The notes under the pieces are model-generated. The model had not been told where the DNA came from and did no database searches. It was given only the letters and a program-made list of their open reading frames with translations. Made by a program: the position numbers and the translations under genes. From positions 1 through 27,638 of IMG/VR virus record IMGVR_UViG_3300024999_000325: a stretch of DNA of 27,638 nt, one strand, 5' to 3'. Source of the stretch: a virus. Taxonomy: Duplodnaviria > Caudoviricetes. Below are positions 1 through 7,556 of the stretch, piece by piece. How positions within the stretch are numbered: position 1 is the stretch's first letter; each line of letters begins with the position of its first letter.

Positions 1-43
1 AACATCCATGTGAGATCGTTTTTCTTTTTATTCCAGTCACTGC

Positions 44-244
44 TCATAATCCTTGGCAGGGCCTCATCCCGAAAAAGTCCTCGAAAATGCTCCGCAGCTC
101 ATCGATCGTCTTGTCATACTCTTTTGCAATGCAAGCCTCGCATACTGGTGTTTTGTAGGCAGTGGCTTTGCTGCATCTCAAATCCCATGAAGATAACTCG
201 CGACCACAATGACAGAACTTGCCTGTGTGTTTTATTCCTTTCAT
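44..244 (-). CDS. Small Cys-rich hypothetical protein, possibly Zn-binding
   Basis: CHC and CEAC motifs; ATGA overlap with the upstream replication gene. Confidence 0.7.
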   Translation of the reverse strand: MKGIKHTGKFCHCGRELSSWDLRCSKATAYKTPVCEACIAKEYDKTIDELRSIFEDFFGMRPCQGL

Positions 245-1107
245 GCCTCCGCCTCCTTGTTTGCCATCAAGGCATCAAGATCATCGTCTGAGTATTCACG
301 CTGCTGGAAGTTACCGGATTGAGCGACCTTCGATTGGGATGCCTTATGCAGCCTATTGTCATATGTACCTTCGAGCACTTTTATGAAATTCTCCGGCTTC
401 ATAATCCAGTTGAAATCTGCTCTCCACGCTTTAGGCCCGCCGCCATTTATAAAATCGCTCTCTTTGGCTTTCAGAATCGCCTCTTGAATCTTATTGAGTC
501 CATACTTTGAATATCTTGCGTTAATCAAGCCTTTGCGGAGTTCAGTTAACCCCTTTGCCTCCGGCATGTCTCTGCGGTTCTTGTTGTAAAACGCGATTAT
601 CTCATCATAAGGGACCTGCACTTTCGGCGGCTTGTCCGACGAAGAGGTCTTTATATCTTTTGATGAATATGAAGATGAATATGAATGTGGATGTGAGTCG
701 CGGAATTCTTCGGGAGCTTCCTGCGGAATTTCCGTGGAATTTCCTGCGGATTTCTCTTGCCTTTTCCTCAGCTTATCCTTGTTTTTTCTTTCAACATATT
801 GATAGAAAGGCCGGTTGTAATCCTCCCAGTCATGAAGAAAAATCTTATCTCCGACTACATCGATCCATTTAGATTGAATGAGAGCCTCAAACAGTAACTT
901 CGGCTTTTTGCCCCAATATGCTGCATTTGCGATATCTTCAACCGTTACGGACAAGAGCTCACCGTCTTGGGTGCAGTTGTCTATCGCCCATGTCCAGATC
1001 AAAACAAGGGTGCCTATGGCTTCGGCTCTTGATACATTCAGAAGACGATAAAGCTCTCTGATTTTTCGGTGGTCTCTGAGTTGTTGATATACCGGAGTCC
1101 AAGCCAT
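241..1107 (-). CDS. Phage replication initiator / replisome organizer
   Basis: N-terminal wHTH-like region (LVLIWTWAIDN...HDWEDYN), Ser-rich linker, C-terminal WRADFNWIMKPENFIKVLEGTY and NFQQREY motifs typical of Firmicutes phage initiators. Confidence 0.85.
   Translation of the reverse strand: MAWTPVYQQLRDHRKIRELYRLLNVSRAEAIGTLVLIWTWAIDNCTQDGELLSVTVEDIANAAYWGKKPKLLFEALIQSKWIDVVGDKIFLHDWEDYNRPFYQYVERKNKDKLRKRQEKSAGNSTEIPQEAPEEFRDSHPHSYSSSYSSKDIKTSSSDKPPKVQVPYDEIIAFYNKNRRDMPEAKGLTELRKGLINARYSKYGLNKIQEAILKAKESDFINGGGPKAWRADFNWIMKPENFIKVLEGTYDNRLHKASQSKVAQSGNFQQREYSDDDLDALMANKEAEA
661..753. promoter_or_regulatory. Probable replication origin (iterons) inside the initiator gene
   Basis: Four GCGGAATT-like repeats (700, 718-730, 731-741, 742-753) next to a GATGAATATGAA duplication; lambda O-type arrangement. 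Confidence 0.55.
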
Positions 1108-1109
1108 TT

Positions 1110-1214
1110 TTATCCCTGCTTTCTGTTGAAATTTAGTGCAAATTTTAAGTGAATTTCATTAAAACCGCATGTGTTTTTGGTAAGAATTTGATTTAAATTC
1201 GCTTGAATTTTCAT
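1110..1214 (-). CDS. Possible 34-aa peptide (MKIQANLNQ...)
   Basis: GAGG-type SD before the ATG at 1214; fills the ssb-initiator gap; too short for the ORF track. Confidence 0.35.
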   Translation of the reverse strand: MKIQANLNQILTKNTCGFNEIHLKFALNFNRKQG

Positions 1215-1234
1215 TTCTCTACCTCACGCTTCCT

Positions 1235-1579
1235 CTATTCGTCCGGGAAGAATCCGCCTGCTTCCGCTTTCTTCGAGTCTGCAAAATATGCTTCCTCTGC
1301 GATGATCTCCGTGGCGTAGTGTTTCTTGCCATCTGTCTCCCATGAGCGATTCTGCATCCTGCCGATGACTACAACCCGCATCCCCTTGATGAAATATTTG
1401 CCCACGAACTCGGCCAGCTTCGACCATGATACGATGTTGATGAAGTCTGCTTTATCCTCGCCCTCTTTAGCGTATCTTCTGTTTACTGCTATGGTAAAAG
1501 AGGTTACTGCGGTGTTGTTGTTTGTGTATTTTGTTGTTGGCTCTGCTGTCAATCTTCCAAGTAGAAAAATTTTATTCAT
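1235..1579 (-). CDS. ssb: Single-stranded DNA-binding protein
   Basis: MNKIFLLGRLT...FTIAVNR...ADFINIVSW...KG...GRMQNRSW OB-fold signature. Confidence 0.95.
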   Translation of the reverse strand: MNKIFLLGRLTAEPTTKYTNNNTAVTSFTIAVNRRYAKEGEDKADFINIVSWSKLAEFVGKYFIKGMRVVVIGRMQNRSWETDGKKHYATEIIAEEAYFADSKKAEAGGFFPDE

Positions 1580-1914
1580 TGTCCGTTCCTCTCTGCGGTG
1601 ATTTCACCGTCTAATATCCGAATTTCAAGTTTTACTTGATTGATTTTCTCTTGCACAACTTTGTAATCTGACTCCCTTAAATCTCGCGTAAACTTCAATT
1701 CTGCGACGTCTGGGTCTCCGCGACACACATCTGATATAATCGTTACCGGGGTTCCCTTTTCGCGCTCGGTTAGAATCTTCTGGCACAATGCTACCCGATA
1801 ATTTTTCTCTGCTTCGGCAAGCTTGCGCCCTTCGTTTTTCATGGCCGATACGCAATCAATCAGACTTTGCCGCGCTGACCTCATCGCCAGAATTAAGTCC
1901 ATTCCTGAGTCCAT
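1576..1914 (-). CDS. Coiled-coil hypothetical phage protein
   Basis: GGAG SD; overlaps the ssb start; helical composition. Confidence 0.75.
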   Translation of the reverse strand: MDSGMDLILAMRSARQSLIDCVSAMKNEGRKLAEAEKNYRVALCQKILTEREKGTPVTIISDVCRGDPDVAELKFTRDLRESDYKVVQEKINQVKLEIRILDGEITAERNGQ

Positions 1915-2188
1915 GTATTTCTCCTTCCTCGTTGAGATATAGCCTATCTCCCATCTTTACCCTGACATCTTCTTCGCTCAATCCCTGCTCAAAATATTTC
2001 TTTTGCAGATACCGTTTAAGGCGCATCAGGTCTTCGTTGCCCTTTGAGGAATGAACGTGTACATGACACCCATAGCACAGGTCTATTACGCTTTCCTCTG
2101 TCTCACAGGCCTTACGTTTACCTCTGCCGGGGATGATATGATGCCGCTCTAGGTTAGAGGTCATGCCGCATAGCATACAGGCCCTCAA
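1856..2188 (-). CDS. HNH-like Zn-binding protein
   Basis: CxxC...HHI...LCxxCHxxxH pattern. Confidence 0.7.
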   Translation of the reverse strand: MRACMLCGMTSNLERHHIIPGRGKRKACETEESVIDLCYGCHVHVHSSKGNEDLMRLKRYLQKKYFEQGLSEEDVRVKMGDRLYLNEEGEIHGLRNGLNSGDEVSAAKSD

Positions 2189-2883
2189 AATGGCAGCTCC
2201 TCTCCGTTTAACACTTCGGCAATAGTCTTCATATCTGCCTCAGTCCAGACAAGCTTCTGGTTTGTATCGTGTGAATAAATCGAAGTAACTTTCTTTTGCT
2301 CATATAGTTTTGTTGTAATCTGAATGAATGCATCCCAATTCTTGCCGACTACCACGCCTTTTTCTCTGGCTGAGTCGATGAGTGCCTTGCACATTAATTC
2401 AAGCCTCGGGTCATTCACACTTTTTGCAGGGATATTCTGCGGTTCACTCACACTTTTATCAACGTCATACTTTGTACAGTCTTTTTCCCAATAAACATCT
2501 GCACCGATGCCGAGGGCTTTTGCGGCTACTGATATTGCATCTGTTAAAGCTTTTTTAAAGCAGTCATCATCCATATGACCACCTTGAATGAATGTGTTTC
2601 CACCTGTGCCCTGTACCGCATTGCTTACATCACCATTGAGCCTATAAAATAGATCAATATCAACTACTGCTGCCACTTCTCCATTGGGCCCGGGGTATAG
2701 TTCCTTATTCGTGATTTCATACCACCAACCTGTTCCGCACGGGCCAAAAAGCTCGGTTAAAACTTTAATACGCCACATAGGGTTAATGTCTGTTTTATTT
2801 TTGAGATGGCCGCCCAAAATAGGCTTTTTAGCTTCTTCAGGAACTGATCGATATGCATTGTAAATCTTAAGATTGTCGCTCAT
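2185..2883 (-). CDS. Rad52/Sak-like single-strand annealing recombinase
   Basis: TDINPMWRIKVLTELFGPCGTGW and DCFKKALTDAISVAAKALGIGADVYW motifs; lies between Gam-like gene and ssb. Confidence 0.8.
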   Translation of the reverse strand: MSDNLKIYNAYRSVPEEAKKPILGGHLKNKTDINPMWRIKVLTELFGPCGTGWWYEITNKELYPGPNGEVAAVVDIDLFYRLNGDVSNAVQGTGGNTFIQGGHMDDDCFKKALTDAISVAAKALGIGADVYWEKDCTKYDVDKSVSEPQNIPAKSVNDPRLELMCKALIDSAREKGVVVGKNWDAFIQITTKLYEQKKVTSIYSHDTNQKLVWTEADMKTIAEVLNGEELPF

Positions 2884-3407
2884 ATTTTCACCTCAAATTC
2901 GCCCGGCTTTTCGACTACTGTAATGCCCTCTATGACCGTCCCATTCTCGTCTATAACCACGCCATTTACGATTTTGGTAATCTTATTCAGCTCGGCTTTT
3001 TTAACGCTTGCAACGGTCTTTATGTAGTCTGCCATGCCATTCTTTTCGAGGAACGGAATCACGATGTCATCGTCATATTCCTTTACTTCCTTCGGCAACT
3101 TATAAACGAGTTCTCCAGACAATAGCTTGTACTTCAACATAGTATCGGTAGTGTGTAAGGCTTCGGGTTTGAGAGCGTTAAAGTATTCAGCCAGCTTCGC
3201 TTTAAGATAGTTTGTTTCGTTCTCATAGTGCTTTTTAATCGACTCTTCTTTTATCGCCAGCTTCGCCTTTTCATCGTTTACTAATTCCGTTAGACGTGCC
3301 TTTTCCGCGTTATGTTGAGCAATAATCTTAATCGCCCATTCTGCGGTTTTATCGTCCGTAATCGAAAATACATCTTCTTCTGCTATTACAGGGTTATACT
3401 CCATCAT
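2880..3407 (-). CDS. Mu Gam-like host-nuclease inhibitor
   Basis: AEWAIKII, coiled coil, KLLSGEL and DENGTVIEGITVVE pattern of Gam-family proteins. Confidence 0.75.
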   Translation of the reverse strand: MMEYNPVIAEEDVFSITDDKTAEWAIKIIAQHNAEKARLTELVNDEKAKLAIKEESIKKHYENETNYLKAKLAEYFNALKPEALHTTDTMLKYKLLSGELVYKLPKEVKEYDDDIVIPFLEKNGMADYIKTVASVKKAELNKITKIVNGVVIDENGTVIEGITVVEKPGEFEVKI

Positions 3408-3610
3408 TCTGCCTCCATTAAAATTTTATCGAGTTCTATTCGGCTTTGTGCCGAGTCCTGAGCTGAAAATCTGTGCGATGACATATCAAAGTCATATATC
3501 CACACAATCGGGTCATCTATCCTGTTTCCGGTTAATTCAAGCCCACATGATATTCCGAGATTTTTTAGTCTCATATAGTACAAGAGCGCTTCTATTTCGT
3601 AATTGTCCAT
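3404..3610 (-). CDS. Hypothetical protein
   Basis: GGAGG SD; ATGA coupling to the Gam-like gene. Confidence 0.7.
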   Translation of the reverse strand: MDNYEIEALLYYMRLKNLGISCGLELTGNRIDDPIVWIYDFDMSSHRFSAQDSAQSRIELDKILMEAE

Positions 3611-3622
3611 TTGTCCTCCATT

Positions 3623-3675
3623 TGTGATATAATTACTTTGTTGTTTTATTTGGCTCCTTTGGGAGTCTCTTTTTT
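3623..3675 (+). ncRNA. Putative ~36-nt antisense sRNA unit (extended -10 promoter plus intrinsic terminator)
   Basis: TGTGATATAAT at 3623-3633, then GGCTCC-TTTG-GGAGTC-TCTTTTTT at 3652-3675. Confidence 0.45.
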
Positions 3676-3837
3676 ACGCATTTCGCAGCTTATCGCGTTC
3701 AAGTCAGACTTTGCCGCCAGTAGTCTGTATGCAGCTCCGTCCTCATATCCGGGTTTCGCTTCTTCGACATCATGCTCCGCTTGGTTTAGTGCCATCCTTG
3801 CCTGTTGCCAGCGTTCAAATAATGTTTTATCGCTCAT
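3646..3837 (-). CDS. Small helical protein, possibly DUF2508/YaaL-like
   Basis: Start reassigned to the ATG at 3837 (ATGA overlap); ERWQQARMAL...AAYRLLAAK. Confidence 0.6.
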   Translation of the reverse strand: MSDKTLFERWQQARMALNQAEHDVEEAKPGYEDGAAYRLLAAKSDLNAISCEMRKKETPKGAK

Positions 3838-4004
3838 CTCTCTACCAATCCTTTCCGCTTCATCTTCATCCGCTGCCATAGTGAGGGCTTTTTCTTTGCT
3901 TTCCAATTTACAAAATCACCAGCTCTAAAGCATTTCGCGCATCGTCCTTGATCTGGCAAGATGTGTCCATCCCTGCAATTCATGCAATTCTTTTCCTCGC
4001 TCAT
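3834..4004 (-). CDS. Small CxxC-CxxC protein
   Basis: AAAGGAGG SD before the ATG at 4004; CMNC and CAKC. Confidence 0.65.
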   Translation of the reverse strand: MSEEKNCMNCRDGHILPDQGRCAKCFRAGDFVNWKAKKKPSLWQRMKMKRKGLVER

Positions 4005-4258
4005 CTCCGCTCCTCCTTTTCCATTTCCTCCGCATAGCACCTATCGCATATCGGATGGACCTTGCGATTCTCTAGGTAATATTGATTTGGCTTGCAGAGT
4101 TCGCCACATCTAGCACATTCTTCGTGATTTTTTAGCCATACGATGAACCACACAAGTAAAGTCACGCATACTATCGATAATACGATCAGGGCCACTGTTG
4201 CCCAGCCTTGAAGGTCATGTATGGCAGCGAGCCGTGATTCTTGCAGTTTAGTCAGCAT
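4001..4258 (-). CDS. Single-TM protein with C-terminal Zn finger
   Basis: GGAGG SD before the ATG at 4258; hydrophobic WATVALIVLSIVCVTLLVWFIVW; CARC and CDRC. Confidence 0.7.
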   Translation of the reverse strand: MLTKLQESRLAAIHDLQGWATVALIVLSIVCVTLLVWFIVWLKNHEECARCGELCKPNQYYLENRKVHPICDRCYAEEMEKEERR

Positions 4259-4604
4259 AAACGCCTCCTTCTCCATCTCCGACAACTGTTAATTGACCAT
4301 TTTTAAACATAAAAGCTTTGTTTTTAAAAGTGGTAATAACCGCCGCATGCCCGATAGCAGCTTCATCGCGAGTTTCGTATCTATCACAATATAAATCGGG
4401 ATAATTAACTTGACCGTTTTCTGTAGCGAAAATCATCGTTTCGAAATATAAAGGCGTTGTGCCTCCGAAAGAATGGTCAAGTCCGAGGTCTATTGTTGAA
4501 ACGTAAAAACCCTTGCCGCAATACTCAATTTTTTCTTGCTTAACGACTCTTTCTTCCTGCTTATAATCTTTTCTAAACCCAAACTCGCTCCAATCTTCCA
4601 TCAC
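4248..4604 (-). CDS. Conserved phage hypothetical protein
   Basis: VSTIDLGLDHSFG...FETMIF...RYET...AAIGH motif, recalled from other phages; AGGAGG SD. Confidence 0.75.
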   Translation of the reverse strand: MMEDWSEFGFRKDYKQEERVVKQEKIEYCGKGFYVSTIDLGLDHSFGGTTPLYFETMIFATENGQVNYPDLYCDRYETRDEAAIGHAAVITTFKNKAFMFKNGQLTVVGDGEGGVYAD

Positions 4605-4909
4605 TTCACCCTCCTGTTCAACTTAAATCTGGCCGTCCAATAATCCATCATGCCGGATTTGAGCGATGTGAATTTGCCGCCTTTTTGCCGACATATAAAG
4701 AATGTGCCGAATATCATGTTGATGCCGTTCCAGCGATTAGGCGGTAGATTGAGCGGCTTGCCGTCTGCGTTACATACAATGACGAATCCATCTTTAAGCG
4801 CGATAGTCTCTATGTATCCACCAACGAGGCTTTGCATCTCTTTGAGTGTGTTTGGCATTTCCATGATGTACGGGTCTTTACCGGGTTCTACTACTACGAC
4901 TGTTATCAT
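4601..4909 (-). CDS. DUF3846-like protein
   Basis: VVVEPGK...LKEMQSLVGGYIE...VCNADGK...LPPNR...IFGTFFI. Confidence 0.75.
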   Translation of the reverse strand: MITVVVVEPGKDPYIMEMPNTLKEMQSLVGGYIETIALKDGFVIVCNADGKPLNLPPNRWNGINMIFGTFFICRQKGGKFTSLKSGMMDYWTARFKLNRRVK

Positions 4910-4986
4910 TTTGTCCTCCTGTAAATTGCGGTTATTAATGCGAATATTCCGATGATGATAATCGCGTCAGGCCATTTGATGCTCAT
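4906..4986 (-). CDS. 26-aa single-TM peptide MSIKWPDAIIIIGIFALITAIYRRTK
   Basis: AAAGGA SD and ATGA overlaps with both neighbours; not in the ORF track. Confidence 0.6.
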   Translation of the reverse strand: MSIKWPDAIIIIGIFALITAIYRRTK

Positions 4987-5252
4987 GGAAAATCAGTCCT
5001 TTCGCACAAATGAATACAGCCATCTTCGAAGAACGTAAATTCGATGACTTTGCCGTCTGCGGCCTCGCAAAGGAATAGCACGCCTTCGTCGCCATTGTCG
5101 TATTCAACGTCAATGAAATCCATTATTTTTGTTCCCCTTAAAATTTTTAAATCATTGGCGCATGTGCATTGGTGGAACGTATTAGACATAAAAAGTCGGA
5201 ATTTTATGGTTTTGTTTTCGTCGCTCTTTTTCACGATACTTTCTCCTTTCAC
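4983..5252 (-). CDS. Hypothetical protein
   Basis: ORF coupled to neighbours; exact start uncertain (GTG 5252 or the next GTG after AAAGGAG). Confidence 0.65.
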   Translation of the reverse strand: MKGESIVKKSDENKTIKFRLFMSNTFHQCTCANDLKILRGTKIMDFIDVEYDNGDEGVLFLCEAADGKVIEFTFFEDGCIHLCERTDFP

Positions 5253-5980
5253 GCCGCTTTGTATTTGACTGACATTTCTTTGACCACATTGACATAAGTA
5301 TTAATGAGGCGCTTGTCCTCACCAATGCAGTCTAGCTTGTTCATTAGATTGATTTTGGTTCTTGATACGCCGTATGACTCAGCTGTTTCGCGGCGGTTCT
5401 TTAGCCTGGCATTCAGATCGTAACCCTTCAGGTCAAAAGCTTCGTAACTTATCCGGTTGACCTCTTCGTAACTCATACCGGTTATGAAGGCGATTTTCCG
5501 TAATGCATCTACGCAGTATTTGCGCCAGTCTTCCGGGCAAACAATTATCGTGTCGCGGATGGCTTGCACTTCCTGTTTTGTCTCGGTCAAAGCGAGCCTG
5601 ATGTTTTTCATTTCTTGGAGTGATTCGATTAGCACATCTTCGATGCACTTTGGCTTGACGAGCTGCTTGAATTTTTTCTCGATTGAGATGAAATACTTCC
5701 GGGCCTCTGATCCGCGCTCATTGTTTTCGACCATTGCGATTTCTTTGGCTGTGTCGAGCGAGAGAATGTACTTCATTTTTGGCCGCCCGGGATTTTCCCC
5801 CGATTCGGGGAATATTACAAAGTCCTCATTTTCGGTAAATCCGTACTTTTCAATGCGGTCTTTAATCCATGTTGTGAAGTCTCTGCCGACTTCCAGAAAT
5901 TCGTGGAGGTCTCTTGCGTTTACCGCTTGTCCAGTCTTTGATTCGTATACCGGGATAATTCCGTTTTCTAATAGTTTCAT
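5249..5980 (-). CDS. AntA/AntB-family antirepressor
   Basis: VNARDLHEFLEVGRDFTTWIKDRIEKYGF...LDTAKEIAMVE...ARKYFI. Confidence 0.9.
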   Translation of the reverse strand: MKLLENGIIPVYESKTGQAVNARDLHEFLEVGRDFTTWIKDRIEKYGFTENEDFVIFPESGENPGRPKMKYILSLDTAKEIAMVENNERGSEARKYFISIEKKFKQLVKPKCIEDVLIESLQEMKNIRLALTETKQEVQAIRDTIIVCPEDWRKYCVDALRKIAFITGMSYEEVNRISYEAFDLKGYDLNARLKNRRETAESYGVSRTKINLMNKLDCIGEDKRLINTYVNVVKEMSVKYKAA

Positions 5981-6004
5981 TGGCTTGTCCTTTCTTTGTG
6001 GCTA

Positions 6005-6253
6005 TCATCGTATCTTCCGTAAAATAAGCGAAACGATAAGTGCTGTGATTGCTGATACAAGTCCTGAAACCCATCCGTCATATGTTCGAACGTAATCTAT
6101 TGTGCTAAAATATTTTTTACGGAATTTTTTCTTTGCCATTTTCAAAGCATCGAATCCTTCCGTCGCGTCTTTTGAAACTTCGGCGACTTCAGCCACAAGC
6201 TTGTCCGCGAATTGAGCAATTCTTGACCACTGATCTATGTCCTTATATTTCAT
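6005..6253 (-). CDS. Hypothetical protein with C-terminal TM helix
   Basis: GAAAGGAGG SD; WVSGLVSAITALIVSLIL. Confidence 0.65.
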   Translation of the reverse strand: MKYKDIDQWSRIAQFADKLVAEVAEVSKDATEGFDALKMAKKKFRKKYFSTIDYVRTYDGWVSGLVSAITALIVSLILRKIR

Positions 6254-6287
6254 CTTCTTTCGCCTCCTTTCTTGCGATCCCCCGAAG

Positions 6288-6296
6288 TGGTAAAAT
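6288..6296 (+). promoter_or_regulatory. Extended -10 promoter of the antisense gene
   Basis: TG-G-TAAAAT 24 nt upstream of the TTG start. Confidence 0.55.
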
Positions 6297-6320
6297 GTAC
6301 CAGAGGGAGGTGATTAATAT

Positions 6321-6539
6321 TTGAGTAAAGATGTAAAATTCATTGCCGCAAAATTTAGTGATGATGTTGGCGAATCTTACAGGGAGTCTGTTGTTAAGTC
6401 TCTTGAAGATTTTGCCGATAAAGGTGAAAAGTTTACTAACGATGACATTTCTAAATTGGTTTATTCGGTAGCCAGTAAGATTAAGAATTATTGCGAAGAG
6501 CTTGTAATTCACTTACTTACCGAGAGCGGCAAGGAGTAG
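6321..6539 (+). CDS. 72-aa protein transcribed opposite to the early lytic operon
   Basis: GGGAGGTG SD, TTG start, own promoter and terminator. Confidence 0.7.
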   Translation: MSKDVKFIAAKFSDDVGESYRESVVKSLEDFADKGEKFTNDDISKLVYSVASKIKNYCEELVIHLLTESGKE

Positions 6540-6541
6540 GC

Positions 6542-6838
6542 TCAAGGGTCAGCTGTTACAGCAGTTGGCCTTTCTTTTACTTTCAGCCCAAATTCCTTTA
6601 AATCATCAATCAAATCTTCGGCCCAATTCCACGGATCAACGTAAACGGTGTTAATACCCCAAGCAATAGCCATTCCGCACGTTTTGATAAGTATCTCGCT
6701 CTCGTTTACACTCTTGCCGTATTCTGCTTTAACTGTTCGGACCTGCGCCGGAGTTGTGTCATGTATGTTTGAGCTATATGCCATAATCAAAGCGCCTTTC
6801 GTTTTGCCAATAAGTCTAATTTCAATTCTTTCTTCCAT
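6542..6838 (-). CDS. Hypothetical protein
   Basis: GAAAGGAGG SD; 98-aa ORF. Confidence 0.65.
   Translation of the reverse strand: MEERIEIRLIGKTKGALIMAYSSNIHDTTPAQVRTVKAEYGKSVNESEILIKTCGMAIAWGINTVYVDPWNWAEDLIDDLKEFGLKVKERPTAVTADP
6545..6578 (+). terminator. Intrinsic terminator of the antisense gene
   Basis: GGTCAGCTG-TTACAG-CAGTTGGCC then TTTCTTTT. Confidence 0.6.
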
Positions 6839-6873
6839 CTCTTTCGCCTCCTTTCGTGTTTGGATTGTTATTG

Positions 6874-7521
6874 CTATCCTGCCATCAACATCGGGGCCTT
6901 GTTTAATGCCTCTTTTATAGCCCGATAATCATAGCCGAGTTCAAGTAATACGCTGACCTGTCTTTCGAGCTTTAAAACGCGATCAAGCTCTGTCGCCGAA
7001 AATCTGTTTCTTAGGTCATCGCCCTTTGCCAATCCGAATGATTCTCTCAATTGTTTCGAGTTCATCTCAAAAACAATCTTGTAAACCAAATCGGTGTAAT
7101 GCTTGTACTTCATTTCTTTGTGCGGACTGTCCGGCAACATTTGAATCGCGTTTGTGAGCGCTTCTCTCGCTTCCTTGCCGATCTGCCTTGTGACTTTGCG
7201 TGAGGTCAATTCTTTCTGCATGATATAGAATTGTTTGACCAGCGCCTTTTTGAATCTGCGAACCGGCTCCGTGTTTTTCATGTAGGTTATGAGCAAAGTC
7301 GCTTGTTCTTCGTTCAGGTGATAGACTTTTTCAGACTGTCCGTTGTCCAAAGGTCGCATTTCAAATGCGAGCTTCCCGAACTCTTCAACGTCTTCCTGAT
7401 ACTTTAAAATCATTTGTTGTAAAGCGTGATGCTTGACCTTGCCGTGATCAGCTATAACTTTTGAAGTTGTGAACGGCGTTTCCTGAATATCATCCGGGTC
7501 TAAAAATACTAGCTTGTCCAT
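6874..7521 (-). CDS. rha: Rha-family phage regulatory protein
   Basis: TTSKVIA...KHHALQQMI...YHLNEEQATLLITYMKNT..VRRFKKALVKQF; start moved to the ATG at 7521 after AAAGGAG. Confidence 0.85.
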   Translation of the reverse strand: MDKLVFLDPDDIQETPFTTSKVIADHGKVKHHALQQMILKYQEDVEEFGKLAFEMRPLDNGQSEKVYHLNEEQATLLITYMKNTEPVRRFKKALVKQFYIMQKELTSRKVTRQIGKEAREALTNAIQMLPDSPHKEMKYKHYTDLVYKIVFEMNSKQLRESFGLAKGDDLRNRFSATELDRVLKLERQVSVLLELGYDYRAIKEALNKAPMLMAG

Positions 7522-7556
7522 TGTGTTGCTCCTTTCTGTTTTGCAGCTCATTCATT

